In this document: in pieces, positions 10,171 to 21,417 of the stretch
Layout of the letters: each line of letters begins with the position of its first letter
How positions within the stretch are numbered: the stretch's first letter is position 1
From: Pristiophorus japonicus
Taxonomy: Eukaryota
Length of the DNA: 64,000 nt
Assembly: GCF_044704955.1 (NCBI RefSeq)
Contig: NC_091997.1
Location: 65,720,001 to 65,784,000 of the forward strand
Direction of reading: 5' to 3'
Translations under genes and position numbers: made by a program
Notes under the pieces: model-generated
What the model saw: only the letters and a program-made list of their open reading frames with translations
The model's database searches: none
What the model was told of the DNA's origin: nothing

Positions 10171-13100
10171 CTGTGATAGAAAAATAAAAGTTGAAAATAA
10201 ATCTTTGTGAAGGTGATTTCCATCTGGGTGCCCCTCACCATCAGAGGCTTGACCTTGACATGTTACGCGGAGACATTTTTTTAAAAACGCAGTGAGTTGT
10301 TACGATCAGGTGATTGAAGCAGATTCTGTTAAGTATGGAAGAACTCCACAAGACTGAGTACTGTGAGATAAAACTGATGTGACCTTAGTATCTTTAATAC
10401 AACTCCAGAGTGCCTAAGCAGCATGGCAGACAACCTTTTATACTCTCTTGCACGAGGTGTGCAGGTGACCCTTGGGCCTCCAACAGTTGCGCCCTCTGGT
10501 GACAAGTCTTACACAGTTACAATGTTTACATACATAACAGATTCAATAACAACTTTCAAAAGGGAATTGGAAAAAATTTGCAGGGCTGTGAGGAAAGAGC
10601 AGGGGGGAGTGGGCCCAGCTAGATAACTCTTTCAAAGAGACGGCACAGGCACGATGGGCTGAATGGACTCCTGTTTTATTGGATTCTATAAAGCTAAGAA
10701 ATCCCTGTGTTTATCTAATGCTTTTAACACCTCAAAACAGTGCACACCTTTTTAATTAACTGAATATTGGCATGCACAGATTGCTATTTAGGCAAACCCT
10801 GCAGCCACTCTGCTCCAGAAACAGCAATGGGATGAATGACCAGTTAAGTTGTTTAGCAGGTACTGGCTGAAAGAGTGGAATCTCCCTGCGTGTCATGGAT
10901 TCTTAACATCCACCTGAATCGGCAGTTTAATGTTGTACACGAAAGTCAGCATCTCTAAGAAATCATCAGTCCCTCAGTACTGCAGTGAAAAGGTTAGTCT
11001 AGACATGGGCTCAAGTCCTGGAGTGGTGCATGAACCCACGACCTCCTGACGCGCGAGTGCACACAAGAACAGATGAGCGATTTTGTTCTGATCCCCAGCT
11101 ATCAATGTGAATCATTAGGACTGGGTGTGAATGCACGATCCCTGGGTAACACAGCCAACACCCCAAACCCTGGGATACGCAACGAACTGAGTACACGCCC
11201 AACTGCAAAAAATGCTTTATACATTTACGTAGAATGTACAGCACAGAAACAGGCTATTCGGACTAACGGGTCCATGCCGGTGTTTATGCTCCACACAAGC
11301 CTCTTCCCACCCCTCTTCATCTCACCCCATCAGCATATCCTTCTATTCCTTTTTCACTCATGTTTATCCAGCTTCCCCTTAAATGCATTTGCTCTGTTGA
11401 AAGCTCTGACTCTTGCAGGAGCCTTTGTGTGCCCAGAGAGTGAGTACTGAGCAGGAACCTCAGCTATTTTTATTATGAATGGACAGCGCTGACAGAGGAT
11501 TATTTTTTTGCCCAACCCAAAGGGACCTCAGAGAGCAGGAATCTCCTATGTTTGATATGGCTCGGTAGCATGTTGGGGAGCTAAGAGTTAAAGCTGCCTT
11601 GATTCGCAAAGAAATGCTTCGTATGGTTGCAAACATGACTTACAATGAGTTCGACATCTTCCTTCTTGATGATCACTTTTGCCAGCTCCTTCTCCCTGCA
11701 GATCAGAGGAAAATAAATCATTCCCAGTTCTTTACCAGGCTCAGTTATGCAAGGCACAGTTTACCGCAATGATGTGCTTTCACCTCTGGGATCATATCCC
11801 AAGTGATGGGAAAAAAGGTTTTAAATACTTGTAACAGCGAGATATCCCAAGGGCTGGGTCAGGAAATTCAGTCAGGGGAAGTGGATGAGTTTTGAGGGCG
11901 CTTTTGATCATGTGGGGCATAAGAACATAAGAATTAGGAGCAGGAGTTGACCATTCGGCCCCTCGTGCCTGCTCTGCCATTTAATAAGATCATGGCTGAT
12001 CTTCCAGTTCAACTCACATACCTGCACTGTCCTCATATCCCTGGATTCCCTTAATATCCAAAAATGTATCGACCTGTCTTGAATATACTCAGGTGACTGA
12101 GCCTCCACAGCCCTCTGGGGCAGAGAATTCCAAAGATTCATCAGCCTCTAAGTGAAGAACTTTCTCATCTCAGTCCTAAATGAACAAACTCACAGGACAA
12201 TCCCCCCATCACAGGAATCAATCTGGTGAACCTTCATTGCACTCCCTCAATGGCAAGTATATTCTTCCTTAGGTAAGGAGACCAAAACTGTACACAATAC
12301 TCCAATGAGGGGGGGGGGGGGGGGAGGGGTGGGTGGGTGGGCATGTTAGTGTGGCAAGGAGTTCCTGAGTGCAAGACCATAATGGCTGAAGTTCTACCAT
12401 TGACGGTGAGATGGAGGCCAGATTCAAACACGATCTAGGAGGTAAAACTACAGGGGTTCAGAGGTTGGTTGGGGCAAGGCCTTGGAGAGATCTGTAAACA
12501 ACGATGAGGCTATTGAAATCGATGCTCTGAAGCTTTGGGAGTCAGCAGGGGCCGGGGGCTGTTAGGGAACAGGAAGCAGGCGGTGAAGGAGCCGAGGGTA
12601 GGAGAGAGCTCGGAATGCGAGGGACAGGGAGATCACGAAAACGCGACGGTGGTGGGATTGAGCTGGGGGGGGGGGGGGAGGTTGGAGGCAGTCGGTGTTT
12701 GGGGTGGAAATCAACTGCGCTGAGGCTGAGCCGATCAGCTTCAGCCCGAGCGAGCGGCTGTGGAGGGAGGTGGAACCAAGGGCTGAGGTTTGTGGCAGGA
12801 GCCGGACTGAAAGGTGAAAGTGCTGCGCTCCCCGGTGACCTCAGCACAAGTTATTTGCGGCGCAGCACAACCTGCACAGAGTCAGCTGGAGATTCAGACC
12901 TTTCTTGTTTGGCTTTCTGTTCCCGGGATCGCCTGTCTCCAATAACGGACATTGCCTGGGGACAAAAACACAGAGATCTCAATCCACGCTCACTGCCGCA
13001 AAATAATCCCACCTCCCCTCATCACCACCATACCCTCCCCCGTCATTCGCCACCCTTGCATCCATCTCCCCACCACCCTATCCCCACCGTTATCATACTC

Positions 13101-14121
13101 TCCCACCTTCCCACTCACCCTTCATCCCAACACCCCTTTCCTACATTACAAGTGACTATACTTCAAAAGTACTTCATTGGCTATAAAGCACTTTGAGACA
13201 TGTTGAGGTTATGAAAGGCACTATATAAATGCAAGTCTTTCTTTATCCAATTCTATTCCTTCCATACCATCCCACTTTCCCCTCTCCTCCTCTGTCTCCC
13301 AATATACCCTCCTTTACCCACTCATCACCATTTAGCTCCCTGCCCGTCACTATCCCTTCCCCTTTATCTCTCTCCCCACCCCCACTCCACATTCCCCTCT
13401 CCCTTTCCCCATCCCCTCCCTCCATACTCTCCCACCTTCCCCCCTTCATTCTACATCTCCCCTCTCTCATTCCTCCTGGACATCTCCCCTCTGCCATCAG
13501 ACCCTCTTACCTCATTCTCTATCCCAACACCGCTCAGACCTTTACAGGAGATGGCCATTCGGCCCCTCGAGCCTGTTCCACCATTCAATTAGATCATTGC
13601 TGATCCCTCATTCTCCTTCTCCCCACCATCCCCATCCACACCCTCCAACCTCTCCCTTGATACCCTCCTTCACCATCCTCCCCCTTCCCCTCTACAATCA
13701 TGTGTACAATTGTACTCAGCCTTGTACTCCAGCCCCCACTTTGCAATAAAAGCCAAAATCCCCCATCCCTTTTCCTCCTCCTTCCACAACCTCCCCCTTA
13801 TTCTCCCCTTCCCTTCACCCCCATTCCCCCCTGCACAAACCCTGCACAATGGCAGTGAGCCTTCCTCAGCCTTCTACAACACCCTCATTATTCTCTTCCT
13901 TCACAATCAAGGCCACCATGCTCCTGCCCCTTCGGGCCTCCCCCACACTGCCACCCCTGGGGCCGCACCGTCTCCAGGTCCGAGCTCAGGATCTCCTTCT
14001 CCTCCGCATAGTCGGTCACCCGCTCCAGGTCCGCCGCGCCGCTGTCGTGTTTGCGGGGTTTCTCGGCCGGCCGTTCCGCCTCCTCGCTCTCCAGATCCAG
14101 GTCGCCATCAGCCTCTGCCAT
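10075..14121 (-). CDS. HYPK: Huntingtin-interacting protein K (NatA regulator), complete 4-exon CDS, 118 aa
   Basis: Exons 13969-14121, 12900-12955, 11644-11695 and 10075-10170 total 357 nt, with GT-AG introns and consistent phases. The protein MAEADGDLDLE...KPRKHDSGAADLERVTDYAEEKEI...AMSVIGDRRSREQKAKQEREKELAKVIIKKEDVELIMNEMEIPRSAAERGLREHLGNVVEALIALTD matches vertebrate HYPK. Confidence 0.96.
10327..10539 (-). mobile_element. Solo LTR in HYPK intron 3
   Basis: TGTTA...TAACA termini; 5-bp TSD GATTC (10322-10326 and 10540-10544); TATAAAA and ATTAAA on the minus strand; interrupts a CR1 tail. Confidence 0.8.
11644..11695 (-). CDS. HYPK: HYPK coding exon 3
   Basis: TGCAG acceptor; (R)EKELAKVIIKKEDVELI; donor GTAAGT. 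Confidence 0.93.
11918..12305 (-). mobile_element. CR1 3' fragments in HYPK intron 2
   Basis: [23 protein letters not shown] and [13 protein letters not shown]; tail CATAAGAACATAAGAA. Confidence 0.8.
12900..12955 (-). CDS. HYPK: HYPK coding exon 2
   Basis: CCCAG acceptor; AMSVIGDRRSREQKAKQE+AG; donor GTCTGA. Confidence 0.93.
13969..14121 (-). CDS. HYPK: HYPK coding exon 1
   Basis: ATG at 14121 in context GCGGCGATGG; 51 codons ending DLET; donor GTGCGG. Confidence 0.93.
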
Positions 14122-14345
14122 CGCCGCGCCGCGCCGCGCCGCGCTGCCGGAACTCACGCCTGCGCGTACACCCACCCGCCGGAAACTGCGTCACCGCATA
14201 CACCCCGCTGCGGCGGGACGTACGTCACCACGTACATCGGCTGACCCAGAGGAGCCAAGGAACTCGAGTCTCAATTGGCCATTCCTTGATTGAGACTGGC
14301 TCCTGGTCCCAGCCAGGGGAGCAAAGCCAATTGGACCATAGTGTC
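14122..14345 (-). promoter_or_regulatory. HYPK CpG-rich promoter and 5' UTR
   Basis: CpG-dense; ETS-type CCGGAA sites, CRE-like TACGTCA and CCAAT/ATTGG boxes just upstream of the ATG. Confidence 0.65.
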
Positions 14346-15442
14346 AGGAGGCTGGGTTAGGGAGTCAAGGGGTATGGAGAGAAAGCAAGAAAGGGGTACT
14401 GAGGTGAATGATCAGCCATGAACTCATTGAATGGTGGTGCAGACTCGAAGGGCCGAATGGCCTACTCCTGCACCTATTTTCTATGTTTTTATGTAAGGGT
14501 TATGGGATCGGGCGAGGAAGTGGAGCTGAGCCCAAGATCAGATCAGCCATTGAATGGTGGAGCAGGCTCGAGGGGCCGAATGGCCAATTCCTGCTCCTAT
14601 TTCTTATGTTATTTCCACCCAGGCAAATGTGATGGAAAAGGTTTATCTGCAAGATTTAAATTAAATTGTGGGACTAGGACAAGGAGACAATAATTATTAT
14701 CAAGACTGGTTTCAGAAAGTTCTTTCGAGAGTGACCAGCAAATGACAGTTTTCCAGATTGAGTGAAAACAAAAAACTCTGGAAACATTTCTGAAGCAATT
14801 GGATGCTGAGATGTGAAAGGGTAGAGAGTTTTTCCTGAATGAATGAGATTGGCCAATTGGCTTTCCTCATCTGGATGTGTCCCCCTGGCTGGAGAGTCTA
14901 GAACTAGGCATCACAGCCTCAGGATAAAGGGTCGGCCACTTAAGACTGGAGATGAGGAGGAATTTCTTCATTCAGAGAGTTGTGAATCTTTGGAATTCTC
15001 TACCCTGGAGGGCTGTGGATGCTGAGTCATTGAGTATACTCAAGGCAGAGATCGATAGATTTTGGATACTAAGAGAACCAAAGGATATGGGGATAGTGCA
15101 GGAAAGGAGTTGAAGTCGAAGATAAACAATGATCTTTTATTGAATGGCGGAGCAGGCTTGAGGGGCCATATGACCTACACCTGCTCCTATTTCTTGTGAG
15201 GATCCAAGCATCTTCCCCATTAGAAATCCCCAATATTTCATGAACTAATAAGCATGGCTGCACCAGACAGATTAAAATAAAAACAAATGGATCCAAATTT
15301 TGATCACTGACAAAATGGACATTTTAAGCTACTGTGCTTTAACACTAGTTTCATGACCCTAGTGTAAAATGTTCCTGGGTATTGTCCTTCCAGACCTTGA
15401 ACACCTACTGGTCAGTTCCCAGTGCAGTGATCCAGCAGGGCG

Positions 15443-15902
15443 ACATCAGCGAAAAGTGGCGTCATCAAGGTCTAGGTCAGTGATTGGAGCATGGGCAGAT
15501 ACAGCAGGAGCGGCGAGGTTGGGGCGAAGGAGCGGTGAGAGACTGTAGAGGGATGTGATCGCGGCCCAGGGGAGGCGTGAGTTCGGGGCCGGGGCCCAGG
15601 GGCAGCACGGGCCAGCCCACACTGTGATGTGTGTGTGCACTGGGTCCGTGCAGCAGAGCTGGTCTCCAGTCGTCTTGGTTAACCCTTGCCACTGGACCAA
15701 GCCCTAGCTCTGTCAAACCCATGTGGTGGCTGGTGTGCAACGGCCACCACACATTAAAAAAATCCATGCACAGGCATCTTCCATCCTTCAGGATGTAGTT
15801 CAGGACCTGGAATATTGGGTCCTTCATTGAAACACCTGTGAACTCATCCTTTTTTGGCGTGGAAGCAAGTCATCCTCGATACGAGGGACTGACTATGATG
15901 AG
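15443..15902 (+). mobile_element. Non-autonomous element with RTE-type 3' tail
   Basis: Ends GTGGAAGCAAGTCATCCTCGATACGAGGGACTGACTATGATGA, matching the tails at 5366-5400 and 57468-57515; no RTE ORF upstream. Confidence 0.55.
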
Positions 15903-16624
15903 GTCCCATGGTGTTTAATTGTGAGTTCCCTGTGCAGAGTCCCAAGATGTGAATGATCTACCTGTGTGTTCCCCGTGCAGTGTTTACCTGCTTGGCTCTC
16001 TGTGATCTTTCCTCCACCTCTGCCTGTCACACTCACCTTTACTGGCCTCCTGAAACATTCGCTTTGCTGAGCTCATTTCCTTGGCTTGCTGCCGATAATT
16101 TGACTTCATTTTCTCAATCTCGCTCTGGGTGTTCTGTAAATCACAGGACACACTTCAAACACATGATTCCACAACAGGAAGCAAAACCGCCATTCTGGAG
16201 AAACTAAACCAATATTTTTACTGAGAGACTCAGATGAAAAATCTGAGGAAAATCCCAGTGAGAACACCACTAAAGTTGAAAAGACCAGAAAGACAAGATG
16301 CATCGAACCGGTGGTTACAGCACGCGATTGATAAGGATGTGGATTGTGGAGGGGGGGCGGGGGTGGAGGATGGAGGACTGAGGGAAGTGAGGAGTTCCTA
16401 AGAAAGAAAAAGTTAGAGTAGGAGACAGCGTAATGTGCCTTGATCGCAACACAATGAGGATGTGGGGAGAAAAGATCGTTAAATGAGGCTGCATTGATTC
16501 GCTCAAAAGGAGCAGGGTAAATGGGAAAGAGATTGGAGGGTTAGGGTATACGTGGGCTGTGAGAGGAGATTAAATGTGTGGGGAGAGTCCATGATAGGGG
16601 AGAGTGTACACGGGCTGTGGGAGG

Positions 16625-17396
16625 GGATTAAGTGGGTGGGCAGAGTGGATGTGATGTACTTGGATTTCCAGAAGGCATTCAATAAGGTGCCATATAAAAG
16701 GTTACTGCACAAGATAAAAGCTCACGAGACTGGGGGTAATATATTGGCATGCACAGAGGATTGGCTAACTAACAGAAAACAGAGAGTCGGGATAAATGGG
16801 TCGTTTTCCAGTTGGCAAACAGTAACTAGTGGGGTGCCGCAAGGATCGGTGCTGGGGCCTCAACTATTTACAATCTATATTAATGATTTGGATGAAGGGA
16901 CAGAGTGTAACGTAGCCAAGTTTGCTGATGATACAAAGATGGGTGGGAAAGCAAGTTGTGAGGAGGACACACAAAATCTGCAAAAGGATATAGACAGGCT
17001 AAGTGAATGGGCAAAAATGTGGAAAATGGAGTATAATGTGGGAAAAAGGTTATCCACTTTGCAGAAAAAATAAAAAAGCAAATTATTATTTAAATGGAGA
17101 AAAATTACAAAATGCTGCAGTACACAGGGACCTAGGGGTCCTTATGCATGAAACACAAAGCGTTAGTATGCAGGTACAGCAGGTAATCAGGAAGGCAAAT
17201 GGAATGTTAGCCTTTATTGCAAGGGGGATAGAGTATAAAAACAGAGAAGTCCTGCTACAACTGTACAGGGTGAGGCCACATCTGGAGTAATGCGTACAGT
17301 TTTGGTCTCTGTATTTAAGGAGGGATACACTTGCATTGGAGGCTGTTCAGAGAAGGTTCACTAGGTTGATTCCTGAGATGAAAGGGTTTGACTTAT
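16625..17396 (+). mobile_element. CR1 RT fragment cut off by the Gypsy insertion
   Basis: [16 protein letters not shown]...SGVPQGSVLGP...KFADDTK. Confidence 0.9.
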
Positions 17397-20290
17397 TGTA
17401 ATGTCTGTAGCTCCACACTGTGGACGCCTGTGTTACTGCAGCTAGTGCTGTTTAATAAAGAGCAGGTCACCTGACCACCTCCGAAACCTGCAGCCATCTT
17501 ACAGGTTATGTGTTAGTGTGCTCGCTGAAACTATCACATTTGGCGGCGAGAATGGGATGTAATTGGATAATACAAAGCTGAAATTTTTGTGGGTGAAGGA
17601 TTCAGCCAGCCGACAGAGAGACTTTGAGAGCTTCTCTGTTTTTGAAAACAGCTACAAATCCGAGGTAAATTACGAGCACACTTTGTTAAACTGCCAGAGT
17701 CAAAATGGCTGCCCCTATGGGAGTTATAGGGTATTTGGGGGAATTGCAATGCGACCGAGAAAGTTTCAGAGCGTATGTGGATCGGCTAGAAATGTTTTTC
17801 ACTGCAAATAATATAATCGAAATCCCCGGTAATGAAGACAATAACCGGGCGAAGTTGGAACGAAAAAGAGCTATATTCTTAACTGAGGCCGGGCCAGAAT
17901 TGTATGAAACGCTGATAAATTTGCTTGTGCCCGACAAGCCAAAGAATACAATACTAAAACAGATTCTAACTAAGTTAGAACAACATTAGAGCCCCGTTCC
18001 GTTCGAAATTGCTAAAAATTATTGTTTCGGAATACGAAATCAGAAAGCCGAAGAAAATATCAGAGTACATTGTAGCATTAAAAAAGCTATCTATTCAATG
18101 TCATTTCGGAGACTTTCGGAACCGAGCATTGCGAGACCGCTTTGTTTGTGGGATGAAAAATGATGCAATCAGAAGTTATTGACAACGCCTAACTTGACTT
18201 TTGATTTAGCTTGTCAGACAGCTAGGCCGATGAGCATGGCTGACCAATATTCCCAAGAATTTCATACTAATTTTCGTTATCAGACAGCCAAGGTGAATCA
18301 TCTGCAGGTTCAAAGTAAAAGGCGGTGGGGCCCCAAAGTCTCAGAAACTGGAAATGGGAACAGAGCATTGACATCCTGCTATCGGTGCCTGGGACAACAC
18401 ATTGCTCATATTTGTCCATATGTGAAGGCAGAGTGTTTATTCTGCAGGAAAACTGTAATCTTGCGAAGTCATGCCGACTGAAGGGTAAACTAGCTTTCAA
18501 AGCTATGAGTAGAAATCCCCAGAGACTACATAGCATGGAAGAACAACAGGACGAGGAGATGTTAGAGCTAAACGTCATCAGGAGCACGAGGTCAATGGAC
18601 AGCGATTCAAAAAGTATCATAATCCACATAGATGTTGCGGGATTCAAGATACCCATGGAAATCGATACTGGTGCATCCGTGAGTGTAGTACCGGAGTCGC
18701 TATACCTCGACAAATTGCGGGATTTCCCATTGGAGAAAGCCAAGATAGAGCTGCTAGGCTACTCGGGAGAGAACATTCCGGTGGTAGGTTGTTTCACCGT
18801 ACTGGTGAAATACAAGGATCAAGTTCAGAGCTTGCCTCTAATAGTAGTGGCAGGAGACAAGCCTGCCATAGTAGGAAGAAATTGGTTAGGATCACTAAAA
18901 CTGGATTGGAGTAAGATTTTTCGTGTTGAAACAAGATTTGCATCAAAGAATGATTCACCAAGAATTATCCGACGGTGTTCTGCGAAACGGGCAGTCCGAT
19001 CCAAGGCTTCAAGTGTCAGGGTATAGAAGGATGCTAGATCAGTTTACTGCAAGCCATGTTCCGTACCATATGCACTCAAGGAGATAGTTGAGCAAGAACT
19101 CAAAAGACTAGAGACTGAGAACATTATTTCTAAAATAGATCGATGTAATTGGACTACACCCATTGTTGTTGTACCTAAATCCGATGGTAAGGTAAGATTG
19201 TGTGGTGATTATAAAGTAACCGTAAACCAAGTTCGAGAGGGTAATGTCCCCAATACATTGCCAAATATAGATGATTTGTTCACAACACTGACAGATTTTT
19301 TCAAAGTTGAATCTTATGAATGCCTATTTACAGCTTGAACTAGATGACGAGTCCAAGTCATGGTTGCCTATACTCATCTGGGCCTTTGTCAATTTAATAG
19401 GCTACCATTTGGAGTGTCTTCCGCCCCTGCCATAGTCCAAGGAGTAATGATCCAGATTTTGCAAGGTATTGAAGGGGTAGTATGTTATTTAGATGACATA
19501 CTAATTTCAGCACCAAATAGGCAAATTCCTAATATATTGAATTAAGTCCTCAAACTGCTGGGGAAGCACAAAGTAAGAGTGGCTGCTCGCAAGTGTGAGT
19601 TATTTCAAAACTCCGTGGAGTACTTAGGGTACAGAGTAGACAAAGATGGTTTACATCCAACCAAGGAAAAACTGGATACAATCAGAAATGCACCCACTCC
19701 CAAGAATGTCACTGAACTTCGATCATTTTTGGGTCTTTTGAACTATTATGGGAAATTCCGACCAAATTTGGCTACAGTATTACATACACTGAATGAACTA
19801 TTGTAAAAACAGGTCCATTGGAAATGGTCAAAAGAATGCGATACAGCATTCAAGGAGTGTAAAAGCAACTTGGTAGAGAGCACTATGTTAGTTAACTATG
19901 AAGTATCTCAGGAGATCAAGCTAGCATGTGATGCCTCTCCGTATGGAGTCTCATGTATTACGTAGTGGAGAGGAGAGACCAATTGCTTTTGCTTCACGCA
20001 CTCTCACTGCCAGTGAGCATAATTATGTGCAAATCGAAAGGGAAGCTTTGGCATTAATTTTTGGGGTCAAGAAGTTCCACAAACACTTGTATGGTCCTAA
20101 GTTTACTCTCGTTACGGACCATAAGCCCGACAGCAATCCTCCATCCAAAGTCCCCAGTTCCAACATTAGCTGCAGAGATGGGCTTTTATTTTGTCAGCAT
20201 ATACATATGATATTGAATACAGACGATTAGCTGATCACAGTAATGCTGATGCAATGTCTAGATTGCCTTCCCCATCATAAGTTACACCCA
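17397..20290 (+). mobile_element. Decayed Ty3/Gypsy LTR retrotransposon: 5' LTR, PBS, gag, PR, RT, RNase H; integrase and 3' LTR absent
   Basis: LTR TGTAA...TCACA 17397-17538 with AATAAA; PBS TGGCGGCGAGAATGGGAT 17541-17558; gag from 17705; protease IDTGAS; RT YLDDILI; RNase H ERPIAFASRTL and EREALALIFGVKKFH; many stops and frameshifts. Confidence 0.92.
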
Positions 20291-21234
20291 AGCTCCCTAC
20301 ACCTGCAGGAGATGGCATGCCTTTCATCTCAGCCACACAACAGCACAAATCTGGCCAGGTGCTGGCAACATCAGAACTATTGAAATATCAGGCCTATAAC
20401 AATAACAGCACTGTACAGCACAGGAGGCCATTCGGCCCATCGTACCTGCACCAGCTTTGAAAGAGCTATCCAATTAGTCCCAGAGTCCTATGCTCTGTCC
20501 CCCACAGCCCTGCAAATTTTTCCTTTTCAAATATTTACAGTAGAGAAGCAGGCCATTCGGACCATCTGGTCCATGCCGGTGTTTCTGCCCCACATAAGTC
20601 TCCTCCCACCCCTCTTCATCTAACCCCATCAAAATGTCCTATTCCTTTCTCCCTCATTTGTTTATCTACCTTCCCCTTAATTGCATCTGACCCAATTTCC
20701 TTTTGAAAGTCCATCGCCCTTTCAGGCACCGCATTCCAGATCACAACAACTCACTCTGATAAACTTTCTTGATTCTTTGATGTTTTTGTGTTATAATTTC
20801 TATGCATTGTTGAAGGGAGGGGTGGATCGAATCCCAGGTACTAATTCACTGTACAATGTGCAGGGTTACACCATGTTGCTCCCAGAACATAATGTCCCTT
20901 CCTCAGGAGAGTGTCTGCAGCCCATTCCCTGATAATGAAGGCAGGAGATTATAAATTTGCTAACTTGTGGTTTTTATCTTACTCGGCAATAACCAGAAGG
21001 GAAGAGGATACACAATTACACAGATGTAAACACTTCAGAAAATATGTTTTTCTTTAGAAAACAGGTTTAAATTACAGATGAACAGCATTTTCATCGGGGG
21101 AAAACATAAAGAGTTTTACAAAGTCTTTAAACTCCGCGCGCAGCTGGAAACGGAGGCGGTAAGGTTCATGGTGCGAGAGCTCCGACGCTGGCCGTGAAGC
21201 ACGCAGTCTGTGCGGCTGGAACTCGCCCTCGCCA

Positions 21235-21417
21235 TTACGTGGTCTTCCTCTTCTTGGCCGAGGGCCGCTCGAAGACATCGCGAACGCCGGCCGCTCGCTG
21301 CTTGAAGAACTTGCTGTTCTGGGCCGATTCCTGTGCCCAGGCCGAGTCGAATGAGGTGGTATCTTGGTCGACCAAGTGAGTGTATTTGGTCCGGCCTGAA
21401 CGGCCAAAGTTTTTGAC
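21235..21417 (-). CDS. MFAP1: MFAP1 exon 9 (stop TAA)
   Basis: [60 protein letters not shown]. Confidence 0.95.
   Translation of the reverse strand, partial: VKNFGRSGRTKYTHLVDQDTTSFDSAWAQESAQNSKFFKQRAAGVRDVFERPSAKKRKTT

Noticed and set aside
13888-14175. N-terminal extension of HYPK (MGVRAGVSSG...) shown in the ORF track
   Set aside because: It begins at a non-ATG codon in the 5' UTR. The ATG at 14121 has good context and gives a normal-length HYPK.
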